Assembly (NCBI GenBank): GCA_963770895.1
Contig: CAVYRF010000002.1
Span: forward strand, 1,248,001 to 1,312,000
Reading direction: 5' to 3'
DNA from: an uncultured Acidobacteriota bacterium
GTDB lineage: Bacteria > Acidobacteriota > Thermoanaerobaculia > Multivoradales > UBA5704
DNA length: 64,000 nt
Shown: piece after piece, positions 53,711 through 64,000 of the stretch
Layout: every line of letters begins with the position of its first letter
How positions within the stretch are numbered: the stretch's first letter is position 1
Translations under genes and position numbers: made by a program
Notes under the pieces: generated by a model
Seen by the model: the letters and a program-made list of their open reading frames with translations, nothing else
Database searches by the model: none
What the model was told of the DNA's origin: nothing

Positions 53711-54069
53711 AGCCGCGCCTCGATCGCCTCGACTAGGCCGCCGACCTGGCGCGCCATGCGGCCGGCGAAGATCGCCAAGTCCTCCTCCTCGGGCGGCAGG
53801 TCCGACTCGTCCGCGGAGCGGCGTACCGAGTCGAGGAAGCCTTCAACGTGCCGCAGGTCGCCAATCGCCGCCCGCAGCTCGGCGTGGGTCATGGACACCT
53901 CGAAGGGCAGGCTGGTGCACTCTATGGCTAGGTCGAAAATCACCCGGCCGAAACTGCGGAGGATTTCGCGGTGCTCGGGGTCATCGATGTAGAGCAGGAT
54001 GCTCTCTCGGATCGCGTCCCCTTCGTTCCAGGGGGATGGGGGCGGGGTAGACTCGGGGCGGTCGGGCAT
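53707..54069 (-). CDS. hypothetical acidic helical protein
   Basis: AAGGAG RBS; first gene of a 3-gene overlapping operon. Confidence 0.65.
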   Translation of the reverse strand: MPDRPESTPPPSPWNEGDAIRESILLYIDDPEHREILRSFGRVIFDLAIECTSLPFEVSMTHAELRAAIGDLRHVEGFLDSVRRSADESDLPPEEEDLAIFAGRMARQVGGLVEAIEARL

Positions 54070-54215
54070 GGGATGGCTCCTTGCTCGGCAAGTCCTCGGC
54101 GGGAGGGTCAGAACTTCCGCCGGGGGCGTCTGTCTGGTTCGGAGAGGTGCGTTCCTCCCCTTACAGGGAGGAACCTACAGCAGGTCTAGGCCGGCGGGAG
54201 CCGGCAACACACTAA

Positions 54216-55526
54216 GGAGTCGCGTCAAAATAACTTGACTATGTTATGAGATTGTGTTTTACTGCGGGACATGCAAGATCCCGCCTCGGCGGAGCAGATT
54301 GCAATGAAGTACCTTTCGCTTGCGCCGATGATGGATGAGCGGATGCGGCGCCAGTGGGCTGCTTCGGAAGCATGGGCCTATGGCTGGGGCGGAGTGCGAG
54401 CGGTGAGCGGGGCTATTGGCATGTCGCCGAATACGATCCGGCGGGGTTTGGCGGAGTTGCAGGACCGGCAGGCTCATCCTGAGGTGCCAGTGGCCTTGCG
54501 GGTTCGCCGGCCCGGTGGCGGGCGTAAGGCGCTGAGCGAGAATGACCCTGACCTGCTGGATGCGTTGGAGCACTTGGTCGACCCGGTGGCGCGCGGCGAC
54601 CCGGAATCCCCGTTGCGCTGGACCTGCAAGAGTACGACCCAATTGTCAGCAGCGTTGACGGGGCAGGGACACGCCTTGAGCCCGCGCAGCGTAGGGCGGC
54701 TGCTGAATGCGGCGGGCTACAGCCTACAGAGCAACCGCAAAACCTTGGAGGGTGCCGCGCATCCGGACCGCAACGCCCAGTTCGAGCACATCAGCCGCAC
54801 GGTCCAGGCGTTTCAGAAGCGGGGCCAACCGGTCATCTCGGTGGACACGAAGAAGAAGGAACTGGTCGGAGCGTTCAAGAATGTCGGACGTGAGTGGCGA
54901 CCGAAGGGAAATCCAGAGTCGGTCAAAATCTACGACTTCGTGGACCCCGAGTTGGGCAAAGCAATTCCCTATGGCGTGTATGACCTGAGCTCGAACCAGG
55001 GGTGGGTGAGCGTCGGCGTGGACCACGACACAGCCCGGTTCGCCGTCGAAGCGATCCGTCGTTGGTGGCGTAAGATGGGTTCCCCTCGCTACCCCAACGC
55101 CCGCGAGTTGCTGATCACCGCCGATGGCGGTGGCAGCAACGGCAGTCGCTGCCGGCTCTGGAAGGTTGCGCTGCAAGACTTGGCGAGCCAGCTGGGCCTG
55201 ACCATCAACGTCCGCCACTTCCCGCCGGGCACCAGCAAGTGGAACAAGATCGAGCATCGCATGTTCTGCCACATCACCGAAAACTGGCGGGGCAAACCGC
55301 TGATCAGTCACGACGTCATCATCAACCTAATCGCTGCCACGGTGACCAAGGCTGGACTGGAGATCCGTGCCGAACTCGACCGCGGTAGCTATCCAACCGG
55401 GGTTGCTGTAGCTGACGAAGAACTCGCGACCGTCAATCTGAAGCGCGCCAGCTTTCACGGCGAATGGAACTACGCCATTCGCCCCAAGCGTCGCAAAAGA
55501 TAGTCATGTTATTCTGGCGCGACTCC
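54216..55526 (+). mobile_element. complete ISAzo13-family insertion sequence
   Basis: 26-bp terminal inverted repeats (GGAGTCGCGTCAAAATAACTTGACTA / TAGTCATGTTATTCTGGCGCGACTCC, 3 mismatches) flanked by TAA target duplication. Confidence 0.93.
54271..55503 (+). CDS. ISAzo13 family DDE transposase
   Basis: RGDPESPLRWTCKS, HPDRNAQF, ISVDTKKKELVG, ITADGGGSNG, PPGTSKWNKIEHR, HGEWNY. Confidence 0.95.
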   Translation: MQDPASAEQIAMKYLSLAPMMDERMRRQWAASEAWAYGWGGVRAVSGAIGMSPNTIRRGLAELQDRQAHPEVPVALRVRRPGGGRKALSENDPDLLDALEHLVDPVARGDPESPLRWTCKSTTQLSAALTGQGHALSPRSVGRLLNAAGYSLQSNRKTLEGAAHPDRNAQFEHISRTVQAFQKRGQPVISVDTKKKELVGAFKNVGREWRPKGNPESVKIYDFVDPELGKAIPYGVYDLSSNQGWVSVGVDHDTARFAVEAIRRWWRKMGSPRYPNARELLITADGGGSNGSRCRLWKVALQDLASQLGLTINVRHFPPGTSKWNKIEHRMFCHITENWRGKPLISHDVIINLIAATVTKAGLEIRAELDRGSYPTGVAVADEELATVNLKRASFHGEWNYAIRPKRRKR

Positions 55527-55624
55527 TAAGGCCCCACTACCGGTGCCCCGCGTGGTTTGACAGCTCTGGGGGGATGTGGCAGGATGCAGCCTCGCCTTCG
55601 CGCTGCGGAGGCTGGTTGAACTGA

Positions 55625-55702
<78 letters not shown>

Positions 55703-55729
55703 CGCAAGGTCTGCCTACAAGGGCTTCTC

Positions 55730-55768
55730 AAGAGGTAGGGCGGCGTGAGCTTCCCTACCTCTTTTTTG
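55730..55768 (+). terminator. rho-independent terminator after the tRNA
   Basis: AGAGGTAGGG...CCCTACCTCT stem followed by a T run. Confidence 0.8.
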
Positions 55769-55847
55769 TTCTTTGGTGTCGCCAGTTCGGCCGCGGTCGC
55801 GCGCTGAACCGGCGAGAAGGCGGACCGGCCGGCACGCTTGGGGTGCG

Positions 55848-57863
55848 ATGAGCGCTGGAAGCGAAGGCAAGCAACAGGACGAGGCGGACGAAGACGCCAC
55901 GCTGGCTGGCAAGGTGCGACGACGGGTCCTGGGGGCTCCTCGTGACGTCACCGACACCTCGCAGCTGCACAAGATGTCGCTCATCGCGTTCCTGGCCTGG
56001 GTGGGGCTGGGGGCGGATGGATTGTCGTCTTCGGCGTACGGCCCTGAGGAGGCGTTCCTTACGCTGGGGACGCACACCTACCTGGCGATCGGCCTGGCGC
56101 TGGCCACCGCCCTGACGGTCCTCATCATTTCGGCGTCGTACAGCAGCATCATCGAGCAGTTTCCGACCGGCGGCGGCGGTTACGTCGTCGCGTCGCACCT
56201 GCTGGGGCCGCGCATCGGCGTGATCTCGGGGTGCGCGCTGGTGGTCGACTACATCCTGACCATCACGGTGTCGATCGCTTCGGGCGGCGACGCCATTTAC
56301 AGCTTCCTGCCGCAGCACATCCACTACCTCAAGCTGCCGTCGGAGTTCCTGGTCATCGCGGCGCTGATCGCGCTCAACCTGCGCGGCGTCAAGGAGTCGA
56401 TCAAGGCGCTGCTGCCGATCTTTTTGGTGTTCCTGGCGACGCACGCGCTGCTCATCGCCTGGTCGTTCTTCGGCCACCTGGGGGAGATCCCGGTGGTGGC
56501 CCACCAGGCGTCGCGCGGCTTCTCGGCCGGCCTGAGCACCCTGGGTCTGTGGGGGATGGGGGCGCTGCTGCTGCGCGCCTACGCGCTGGGCGGCGGCACG
56601 TATACCGGCATCGAGGCGGTGTCCAACGGCTTGCAGATCATGCGCGAGCCGCGGGTCGAAACCGGCAAGCGGACGATGGTCTACATGGCCGTCTCGCTGG
56701 CGCTGACCGCCGGCGGCATCCTGATCGGCTACCTGCTGGTCAACACGCACCACGTCGACGGCAAGACGATGAACGCCATCCTGGCCGAGCGGGTGTTCGG
56801 CGACTGGCGGCTGGGCGCCCTGCCGCTCGGGTTCTGGCTGGTGCTGGTGACCCTGATCTCGGAAGGGCTGCTGCTGGTGGTGGCGGCGCAGGCCGGCTTT
56901 ATCGACGGGCCGCGCGTCATGGCGAACATGGCGACGGACTCGTTCTTCCCGCACCGCTTCGCCGCCCTGTCCGAGCAGCTCACCATGCAGAACGGCGTGC
57001 TGCTGATGGGCGCTTCGGCGCTGGCCATGCTGATGTACACCCGCGGCAACATCCAGACGCTGGTGTACATGTATTCGATCAACGTCTTTCTGACGTTCAC
57101 CCTGTCGCAGCTGAGCATGTGCCGCTACTGGTGGGAGCGGCGCGGCGAGCGGCGCCGGCGGCGGCACCTGGCCATCCACGGCGTGGCGCTGGTCATGTGC
57201 GCCTCGATCCTCGTGATCACCCTGGTCGAGCGCTTCACCCACGGCGGCTGGGTGACAGTGCTGATCACTTCCGCCTTTGTCATCGTCTGCTACCTGATTC
57301 ACGGCCACTACGCGCGCACCCGCGCCGGCCTGCGCCAGCTCGACGAAGTGCTGGGGTCGCTGCCCACGACCGGCGAGCCGAACACCGCGCCGCTGGACCC
57401 CAAGGTGCCGACGGCGGTGCTGCTGGTCAGCTCGTTCAATGGCTTCGGCGTGCACACGATGCTGTCGATCCTGCGGTTCTTCCCCGGCCTCTACAAGCAG
57501 TTCGTGTTCGTGTCGATCGCGGTGGTCGATTCGGGCACGTTCAAGGGCAAGGAGGAGCTGGACGCGCTGCGCCAGCACAGCGAGGAAGACCTGGCCAAGT
57601 ACGTGGACCTGGCGCGCCGCCTGGGCTTCCCGGCCACCAGCATCAGCCAGATGGGGATCGAAGTGGTGAGCGAAGCCTTGGCGCTCTGCAAGCGCCTGGC
57701 CCAGGTGTACCCGCGCGCCACCATCTTCACCGGCAAGCTGGTGTTCCGCCAGGAGCGCTTCTTCTACCGCCTGCTGCACAACGAGACGTCCTGGATCATC
57801 CAGCGCCGCCTGCAGTGGATGGGCGTGCCGATGGTGGTGCTGCCGATCCGCTCGCAGGTCTGA
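55848..57863 (+). CDS. APC superfamily permease (KimA/YdaO-like)
   Basis: GADGLSSSAYGPEE, FP.GGGGY, LVVDYILT, TGIEAVSNG, cytoplasmic C-terminal domain ending LLHNET. Confidence 0.85.
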   Translation: MSAGSEGKQQDEADEDATLAGKVRRRVLGAPRDVTDTSQLHKMSLIAFLAWVGLGADGLSSSAYGPEEAFLTLGTHTYLAIGLALATALTVLIISASYSSIIEQFPTGGGGYVVASHLLGPRIGVISGCALVVDYILTITVSIASGGDAIYSFLPQHIHYLKLPSEFLVIAALIALNLRGVKESIKALLPIFLVFLATHALLIAWSFFGHLGEIPVVAHQASRGFSAGLSTLGLWGMGALLLRAYALGGGTYTGIEAVSNGLQIMREPRVETGKRTMVYMAVSLALTAGGILIGYLLVNTHHVDGKTMNAILAERVFGDWRLGALPLGFWLVLVTLISEGLLLVVAAQAGFIDGPRVMANMATDSFFPHRFAALSEQLTMQNGVLLMGASALAMLMYTRGNIQTLVYMYSINVFLTFTLSQLSMCRYWWERRGERRRRRHLAIHGVALVMCASILVITLVERFTHGGWVTVLITSAFVIVCYLIHGHYARTRAGLRQLDEVLGSLPTTGEPNTAPLDPKVPTAVLLVSSFNGFGVHTMLSILRFFPGLYKQFVFVSIAVVDSGTFKGKEELDALRQHSEEDLAKYVDLARRLGFPATSISQMGIEVVSEALALCKRLAQVYPRATIFTGKLVFRQERFFYRLLHNETSWIIQRRLQWMGVPMVVLPIRSQV

Positions 57864-57965
57864 CGCGGCGCCACCACGCTCCCGGCGCCGGCGCGGTTCT
57901 GGCGCCGGCGAGCGCTGCGAGTTCGGCGGGCGTCGACCGGGGTCTGCCGGGGTCTGCCGAGCGGA

Positions 57966-59408
57966 TCAGCGGCGGGTGGCGGCGCCGACTGCCGGAACCG
58001 CCGGGACCGCAGGCGCGGGTTCCGCCTGGTTGCCCGCCGCGGCCACCTGCACGTCCACTGCCGCTGCCGCGGCAACCGAAGGCACGGTCGCAGCGGCCGG
58101 AATCACGTTGCCGTCGACGACAGCGCTCTGCCGCGGCTCGGGGCGCACGCGCCAGGTGAGAAAGCCGCCGCCCAGCATGAGCACCGCAGCCACCCAGAAG
58201 GGGAAGTTGACGTATTTGCCGAACAGCCAGGCGGCCCACAGCGGCCCGACCATGCGGGCGATGCCGCCGAACAGCTGCTGCACCCCCATGATCTGGCCCG
58301 TCTCTTCACGCGGGCAGCGGCGTGTCACCATGGCGGTGGTGGACGGGAAGAGCAGCGCCGTGCCCACCGGCACCAGGGTGATGATCAGCGCGAAGCAGGC
58401 GACGCGCATCGCGTAGGGCCCACCCAGCCACACCGGCAGCGGGATGGCGCCCATGCCCAGCGCCAGCGCCAGCGTTCCCAGGCGCATGGCGCCGACTTCG
58501 CCCAGGCGCCGGATCGCGGGGCCGAGCAGCACCGCGCGCATCACCACCGAGATCACCCCGACGAAGCCGTAAAACAGGTTGATGGTGTGCTCGGTGACGC
58601 CGTAAGCGCGCTGCAGATACAGCCCGAGCACCGAGTTCATGGCCATGAAAATCATCATGCCCAGGCCGTAGATCCAGATCAGCGACCCGACCGGCGACCC
58701 CGGCTCGCGCACCACCTGCCACATGCGCAGCCACACGGAGACGCGCGGCGCGGCGCCGACGGCGCTGGCAGTCCCGGACGGCACCACACCACCGCCCGAC
58801 CCCGCCGCGACGTCCCGGCGCTTCGATTCGGGCAGCCAGCGCCAGGCGGACAGCAGGTTGAGCAGGCATAGACCGGCCGCCAGGTAGCCAGGCGCCGAAC
58901 GCCCGAGGTAGGTGGCGGCGCCGCCGATCAGCGCGCCGATGCTGACGCCGGCGCTGGTGGCGGCGCTGACCCATCCCAAGGCCTTGGCCCGCTCCTCGGG
59001 CGCGATCGAATCGCTGACGTAGGCCTGCACGACGCCGACCGTGCCGCTGCCGGCACCTTGCACCAGGCGGGTGAGCAGCAGCATGGTCAGCGTGGTGGCC
59101 AGACCGAACAGGGTGTAGGCCACCACCGACAGGAACAGGCCGGCAAGGATCATCGGGCGCCGGCCGTAGCGGTCGGACATGCGCCCCCACAACGGCGACA
59201 CCACGATCTGGGCAAGGAAGAAGGTGGACACCAGCACGCCGACGAACGCCGGCGGCGCGTGCATGCGGAGGGCGTAGAACGGCAGCAGCGGCAGCACGAT
59301 CATGGCGCCGGCCATGTCGACGAAGACCGTCGCCATCAGGATCCACAGCTGGCGCACCGCGGCGCCTCGGCTGGGTGCAGCGGGGGCGGTCATCACGGCG
59401 GAAGTCAT
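57966..59408 (-). CDS. MFS transporter (DHA1/TetA-like)
   Basis: GRMSDRYGRRP motif A; 12 TM pattern. Confidence 0.9.
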   Translation of the reverse strand: MTSAVMTAPAAPSRGAAVRQLWILMATVFVDMAGAMIVLPLLPFYALRMHAPPAFVGVLVSTFFLAQIVVSPLWGRMSDRYGRRPMILAGLFLSVVAYTLFGLATTLTMLLLTRLVQGAGSGTVGVVQAYVSDSIAPEERAKALGWVSAATSAGVSIGALIGGAATYLGRSAPGYLAAGLCLLNLLSAWRWLPESKRRDVAAGSGGGVVPSGTASAVGAAPRVSVWLRMWQVVREPGSPVGSLIWIYGLGMMIFMAMNSVLGLYLQRAYGVTEHTINLFYGFVGVISVVMRAVLLGPAIRRLGEVGAMRLGTLALALGMGAIPLPVWLGGPYAMRVACFALIITLVPVGTALLFPSTTAMVTRRCPREETGQIMGVQQLFGGIARMVGPLWAAWLFGKYVNFPFWVAAVLMLGGGFLTWRVRPEPRQSAVVDGNVIPAAATVPSVAAAAAVDVQVAAAGNQAEPAPAVPAVPAVGAATRR

Positions 59409-59426
59409 CGGGCTACCTCGACTGCT

Positions 59427-61076
59427 TCAGTGTCCGTCGGCGGGGCTCCACAGGAAGAACGCCGTTGCGCTGCCAGCCATCAGCAACACGCCATAGACCG
59501 CGCCCATTCCGAGATCCTGCAGCTGCACGTTGGCCAGGATCTCGATCGCGATGGGCCGGGTGTCATACGTATAGAGCACGATGGAAGTTACGAAGTCCCC
59601 CAGGGCGGTGATGAACGCCAGCCCGGCGCCGGCGGCGAGCGCCGGACGCAGCAGCGGCAGGATGACACGCCGCAGCGTGCGGCCGCGGCCGGCCCCCAGC
59701 GCCGCCGCCGCCTCGGGCAGCGCCGGGTCCAGGCCGCTCAGGCCGGCGAGCGCCGCCCGCCCGGTGAGCGGCAGGCTGCGCACCAGGTAGCACAGCGGCA
59801 GCAGCACCGGCGTGCCGATCAGCACGAAGCGGCCAACCCAGGGGGCGTTGACACCGAACATCGCCGCCAGCGCAATCGCGAACACCGTGCCGGGGATCGC
59901 CCACGGCAGGCCGACCAGCGCCTCCAGCAGGCCGCCCAAGCGACCCCGGCGCCGCCGCGCCGCGAGCGCCGCCCCAAGCCCCAGGGCGACCGCGCCGGCG
60001 GTCGCGACCGTCGCCATCCATAGCGAGTTGACCAGCGGCCGCAGATGCTCGCGGTCGCCCAGCTGCGCGTAGTTGCCGAAGTTGAGCACCGGCGGGAACG
60101 TCTGGTCGATCCAGGTGCCGGCCGGCACCAGCGAGATCAGCACCATCACCAGGTGGGGCAGCAGCAGCAGCAGCGCCAGGCCGTAGCCGGCGGCGGCCAC
60201 CGCGGCGCGCCCCAGCGGCGAGCGGACCCGCCGGCGCGCCGGCGCCACTCCCCGCACCCCGGTCGCCGGGACGCCGGCGCCGCCGGTGCGCTGGCTGGCC
60301 CACAGCCCCACGAGCGCCACCGCGGCCAGCATCACCGTCTCAACCTGCGACATCGCGCGATCGCCGTTGAGCTTCGACGCCAGGATCTGGGTCGGCATGA
60401 CGCGGAACGAGCCGCCGAAGAGGTACGGCGCCGAAAACGACGCCAGCGCGGTCATGAAGGTGAGCAGCGCCGCCGCCGCCAGCGCCGGGCGCAGCTGCGG
60501 CAGGGTGACGCGCCACAGGCGGCGCCAGCCGCCCGCTCCCAGCGACGCCGCGGCTTCCAGCAGCGCCGCGTCCAGGCGCGCCAAACCGGCGCGGGTGAAC
60601 AGGTAGAAGTACACGTAGAACGAATAGGTGTGCACCAGCAGGATGGCGCCCGGACCGGTCAGACGCCAGGGAGCGTTCTCCAGGTGCAGCAGCGTCTGCA
60701 CGGCACGCGACACGAAGCCGCTCTCCCCATACAGGAAGAGGAACGCGATCACCCCGACGAGCGGCGGCAGCGCCACCGGCAGCGCCGCCACGGCGCCCAG
60801 GAACCGCCGACCGGGGAACTCGGCGCGCTCGAAAATGAACGCCAGCGGCACCCCGACCGCCGCCGCCGTGACGACCGATGCCACCGAAATCCAGAGGCTT
60901 CGCCACAGCGCCAGCCATTCGTCGGGCCGCCGGCAGAATCGCGCCAGGTATTCGCCCGTCCACCCCCCCGGCCCGCGCAGCGCCTCCAGCAGCGTGATCA
61001 CCAGCGGATACGCCACCAGCCAGGCCAGCACCACCGCCAGCAACCACGTCCCCCAGGGCAGCCGCCGGCCTCTCAC
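59427..61076 (-). CDS. Fe3+/thiamine-type ABC transporter permease (two EAA loops)
   Basis: LEAAASLGA..VTLP and EAAAALGA..VILPL. Confidence 0.9.
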   Translation of the reverse strand: MRGRRLPWGTWLLAVVLAWLVAYPLVITLLEALRGPGGWTGEYLARFCRRPDEWLALWRSLWISVASVVTAAAVGVPLAFIFERAEFPGRRFLGAVAALPVALPPLVGVIAFLFLYGESGFVSRAVQTLLHLENAPWRLTGPGAILLVHTYSFYVYFYLFTRAGLARLDAALLEAAASLGAGGWRRLWRVTLPQLRPALAAAALLTFMTALASFSAPYLFGGSFRVMPTQILASKLNGDRAMSQVETVMLAAVALVGLWASQRTGGAGVPATGVRGVAPARRRVRSPLGRAAVAAAGYGLALLLLLPHLVMVLISLVPAGTWIDQTFPPVLNFGNYAQLGDREHLRPLVNSLWMATVATAGAVALGLGAALAARRRRGRLGGLLEALVGLPWAIPGTVFAIALAAMFGVNAPWVGRFVLIGTPVLLPLCYLVRSLPLTGRAALAGLSGLDPALPEAAAALGAGRGRTLRRVILPLLRPALAAGAGLAFITALGDFVTSIVLYTYDTRPIAIEILANVQLQDLGMGAVYGVLLMAGSATAFFLWSPADGH

Positions 61077-61130
61077 GCCGCCGGCCCCGTGCCTCTGGCC
61101 GCAGCGGCCGGCGCGCCAGGAGCGGCTGGT

Positions 61131-62378
61131 TCACGCATCGCCGGATACCGCGGGAGCCGGCGGCCGGCGGCGGAAAATCCTGCCGGCGGCACCGGAGACC
61201 GAGCCGTCCGCGCGCGTGCCGGCGGGGGCCACGGCAACCTGATCACCGGGGCCGGCGGCGGCCGGACCGGCCAGCACCTCGACCTCGCTGCCCGCGGCGA
61301 CGGCGGCGGCGCCATCCGCGCCAGCGCCAGCGACGGGGCTGGCGCGCCCACCCGCGACCTCGATCACGTAAAAGGTGCCGGCGCCGGCATAGCGCCGCTC
61401 GACGACCCGCCCGGCGAGCGCCCCGGCCGTGCCGGCGGCCACCAGCGTCAGCGCTTCGGGCCGCACCACCAGGTCGACCGCTTCGCCGGCGGCAAGCGGC
61501 TCGGCGGCGGTGCCCGGCCAGGCGACTTCCGCGCTGCCGGCGCCCCCGGCCGCCAGGCGCACAAGGCCGCTGGCGCCGTGGCCCTGGAACGTCCCGGGCA
61601 GGACGCTCGCCCGGCCGACGAAGGTGGCGACGAAGCGCGTCGCCGGGCGGTCGTAGAGGTCTTCGGGCGTCCCGACCTGGTGCAGCACGCCGCCCTGCAG
61701 CACCGCCACGCGGTCGGCCAGGTGGAACGCCTCCTCCTGCTCGTGGGTGACCAGGAGCGTGGTGATCCCCACCCGGCGCACGGCGCGCGCCAGCTCGCGG
61801 CGCGTGCGCTCGCGCAGCGCCGGGTCCAGGTTGGACAGCGGCTCGTCCAGCAGCAGCACGCGCGGCTCGGGCGCCAGGGCGCGGGCCAGCGCCACGCGCT
61901 GCTGCTGGCCGCCCGAGATCTCACCGATGCGCCGCGGCTCGAAGCCGGGCAGATCCACCAGCGCCAGCGCCGCCGCCACCCGCGAGCGGACCTCCTCACG
62001 CCCCAGCTGGTGCCCTTCCAGGCCGAAGGCGACGTTTTCACCCACCGTCAGGTGCGGGAACAGCGCGTAGTGCTGAAACACCATGCCGAAACGCCGCTTC
62101 GCCGGCGGCAACGCCGTCACGTCCTGCCCTTCGACCAGCACCCGGCCGCCGCCCGGATCGGGCGCTTCGAATCCCGCCACCAGGCGCAGCGCCGTCGTCT
62201 TGCCGCTGCCGCTGGGCCCCAGGAGCGCCACCACCTGGCCGCGTCCCACCGTAAGACTCAGCCCGTCGAGCACCCGCCGCGCCGTCCCCGCCGCCATCAC
62301 CGCCCCAGGCGCACCGCCGCCGCCGCCGAAGCTCTTGGCGAGGCGGTCGAGGACCAGGTAACCGTCGTCAGGGCACAT
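61131..62378 (-). CDS. ABC transporter ATP-binding protein (FbpC/PotA-like)
   Basis: GPSGSGKTT, VFQHYALFPHL, SGGQQQRVALARAL, LDEPLSNLD. Confidence 0.93.
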   Translation of the reverse strand: MCPDDGYLVLDRLAKSFGGGGGAPGAVMAAGTARRVLDGLSLTVGRGQVVALLGPSGSGKTTALRLVAGFEAPDPGGGRVLVEGQDVTALPPAKRRFGMVFQHYALFPHLTVGENVAFGLEGHQLGREEVRSRVAAALALVDLPGFEPRRIGEISGGQQQRVALARALAPEPRVLLLDEPLSNLDPALRERTRRELARAVRRVGITTLLVTHEQEEAFHLADRVAVLQGGVLHQVGTPEDLYDRPATRFVATFVGRASVLPGTFQGHGASGLVRLAAGGAGSAEVAWPGTAAEPLAAGEAVDLVVRPEALTLVAAGTAGALAGRVVERRYAGAGTFYVIEVAGGRASPVAGAGADGAAAVAAGSEVEVLAGPAAAGPGDQVAVAPAGTRADGSVSGAAGRIFRRRPPAPAVSGDA

Positions 62379-62453
62379 GGCTGGGCGGGCGCGGCGGGCT
62401 GAAAGGATGCGGCGGATCGATGGGGGCCGGTGCGGCGGCGGCGCGGCGGCGGG

Positions 62454-63530
62454 TCACCGGTGAGCCGCGTCGGCGGCGTGGCCGCGGATGTCGTGGTCCC
62501 AGGCGATCATCCATTCTTTCTCGTGGGTTTCGACCAGGTGCCAATCGATGCGCGCCGGCACCAGCGAGGCGAGCACGGTCTGCGCCCATCGCGGCAGCTG
62601 AGCGACGGGCACGTCGGTGCGGGCGGGCAGGCGCAGAGCCTGGCTGGCCGCCAGCTCCTGCCCTTCGACGCTGCCGACGAACTCGATGAAGGCGCGCGCC
62701 GCGGCCGGGTGCGGCGCCCCCTTGACCAGCCCGATCGAATCGTCGATCACCGGCGTGCCGCTGGTCGGAAAGCGGTAGTCGAGCGGCGACCCGCGCCGCT
62801 GCTGCAACAGGATGTCGGTCAGCTCCCAGATGGTCAGCAGCCCCTCGCGGCGGTTGAGCTTCTGCATCAGCAGCGCGGGATTCTGCAGGTACTCCTTGGT
62901 CTGGCCGTCCAGGCGCCGCAGCCAGGCGAAACCGAGGTCGGCGCTGCCGGTCGCCGCCACCGACCGGGCCAGCACCATGCTGAACAGCGTCCGCATGGTG
63001 CCCGACGCCAGCGGATCGCGGATCAGGATCTTGCCCTGCCAGCGCGGCTCCAGCAGGTCGTCCCAATCGCGCGGCGCCTGCGCCGCCGGCACCGCCGCGG
63101 CGTTGAACACCAACACCGGCGCCGTGCGATACACGCCGAAGTACAGGTCGCCCGGGCCGCGGTCCGCCGCCGGCACCGCCGCCGCCCAGCTGGGGCGATA
63201 GGCGGCCAGCAGGCCGTCCCCCACGCCGCGCGCGAACATCGCCCGCGGTCCCCCGTACCACACGTCCGCCTGCGGATTGACCGCCTCGGAGCGGATGCGG
63301 TCGTACACGTCCTGCGACCCCATGTCCAGCCAGCGCACGTCGACGTCAGGATGGTGCGCCTCGAAGCTCCGCTCCATCAGCTTGAGCAGGTCCCGCCCAT
63401 GCGGCGAATAGATCGTCAGCGGCGTCCGGTGGTCCGAGCACCCCGCCGCCCCAACCACCAGCATCGCCAGAACGATCACGCCGGCGGTCGCCGCGCCCCC
63501 CACAACGCTTGTCCGACCCGCCGCCCTCAT
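62454..63530 (-). CDS. ABC transporter substrate-binding lipoprotein (FbpA/AfuA-like)
   Basis: lipobox AAGC, LTIYSP, E..NPQADVWYGG, P.DWDDLL.P.W.GKI..DP..SGT. Confidence 0.88.
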   Translation of the reverse strand: MRAAGRTSVVGGAATAGVIVLAMLVVGAAGCSDHRTPLTIYSPHGRDLLKLMERSFEAHHPDVDVRWLDMGSQDVYDRIRSEAVNPQADVWYGGPRAMFARGVGDGLLAAYRPSWAAAVPAADRGPGDLYFGVYRTAPVLVFNAAAVPAAQAPRDWDDLLEPRWQGKILIRDPLASGTMRTLFSMVLARSVAATGSADLGFAWLRRLDGQTKEYLQNPALLMQKLNRREGLLTIWELTDILLQQRRGSPLDYRFPTSGTPVIDDSIGLVKGAPHPAAARAFIEFVGSVEGQELAASQALRLPARTDVPVAQLPRWAQTVLASLVPARIDWHLVETHEKEWMIAWDHDIRGHAADAAHR

Positions 63531-64000
63531 GCAGTCCCCATGGCTGAGCGGTACTGTAGCGCAGCCGGCAACCGGCGGCCCAGGCCGTAGCCGCCGCCCG
63601 CGATCGTCGGTCCTGCCAAACCGGACACCGCCCCGCCGCCCAGGCGACAGCGACGACAGCGCGCACGGCAGCCGGTGCGTGGATCGAATTCAGAGACTAG
63701 CCTCTCCGTGCCTGGAGGGCATTTTAGCAGTAGAATGTAGACCGAGAGCTCGCCACACGGCACAATTAGCAGCGATTGACTGTCCGGATCACAAATCCGT
63801 GAGGAGATTCTTGCCGAGCTGATCGGCAGGCACGAGCCACCACAAAGCCGACCGCCCCTGCTCCACCTGCGACCCCCAGCCGGGGTGACCTTCGAGACCA
63901 CACTTGAAGAAAGGCATTTGGGCTCGCAAGAAGAGATCTGAACAAGGATCAAGCAAAGAGAAAGGCCAATGCGATTGGAGGGAGCGGATTTATGGACATC

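Noticed and set aside
55770-55847. c-di-AMP (ydaO) riboswitch before the KimA-like gene (CGCTGAA and GGGGTG seen)
   Set aside because: The region is too short and lacks the rest of the consensus.

Overview
A very GC-rich bacterial chromosomal window, most consistent with Acidobacteriota class Thermoanaerobaculia. That assignment is an inference from the ECF sigma types, the FecR/DUF3352-like anti-sigma and a Cys-bounded C-terminal domain. The core contains housekeeping and metabolic genes: maf, trmJ, eda, apgM, argS, speA (multiply frameshifted), selD (one frameshift), csp, ftsB-eno, nemA, initiator tRNA-Met, a KimA-like APC transporter, an MFS transporter and an Fe3+-type ABC transporter. 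It also has an ECF sigma/zinc-finger-FecR anti-sigma/double-ABC module and a speA-cysteine dioxygenase-sulfite oxidase operon. An accessory block at about 39.6-55.5 kb holds a secreted protein with a lineage-type C-terminal domain, an orphan single-module type I PKS (KS-AT-KR-DH-carrier with an NRPS-type tail) and a stand-alone TIR/DUF4062-like protein. The same block has an orphan lanthipeptide-like precursor peptide, a secreted-protein gene split by a self-contained HigBA-like toxin-antitoxin cassette (with a 107-bp direct repeat and a decayed second copy), several tiny Zn-binding or DNA-binding ORFs, and a complete ISAzo13-family IS. All calls come from reading motifs by eye; no database searches were run.
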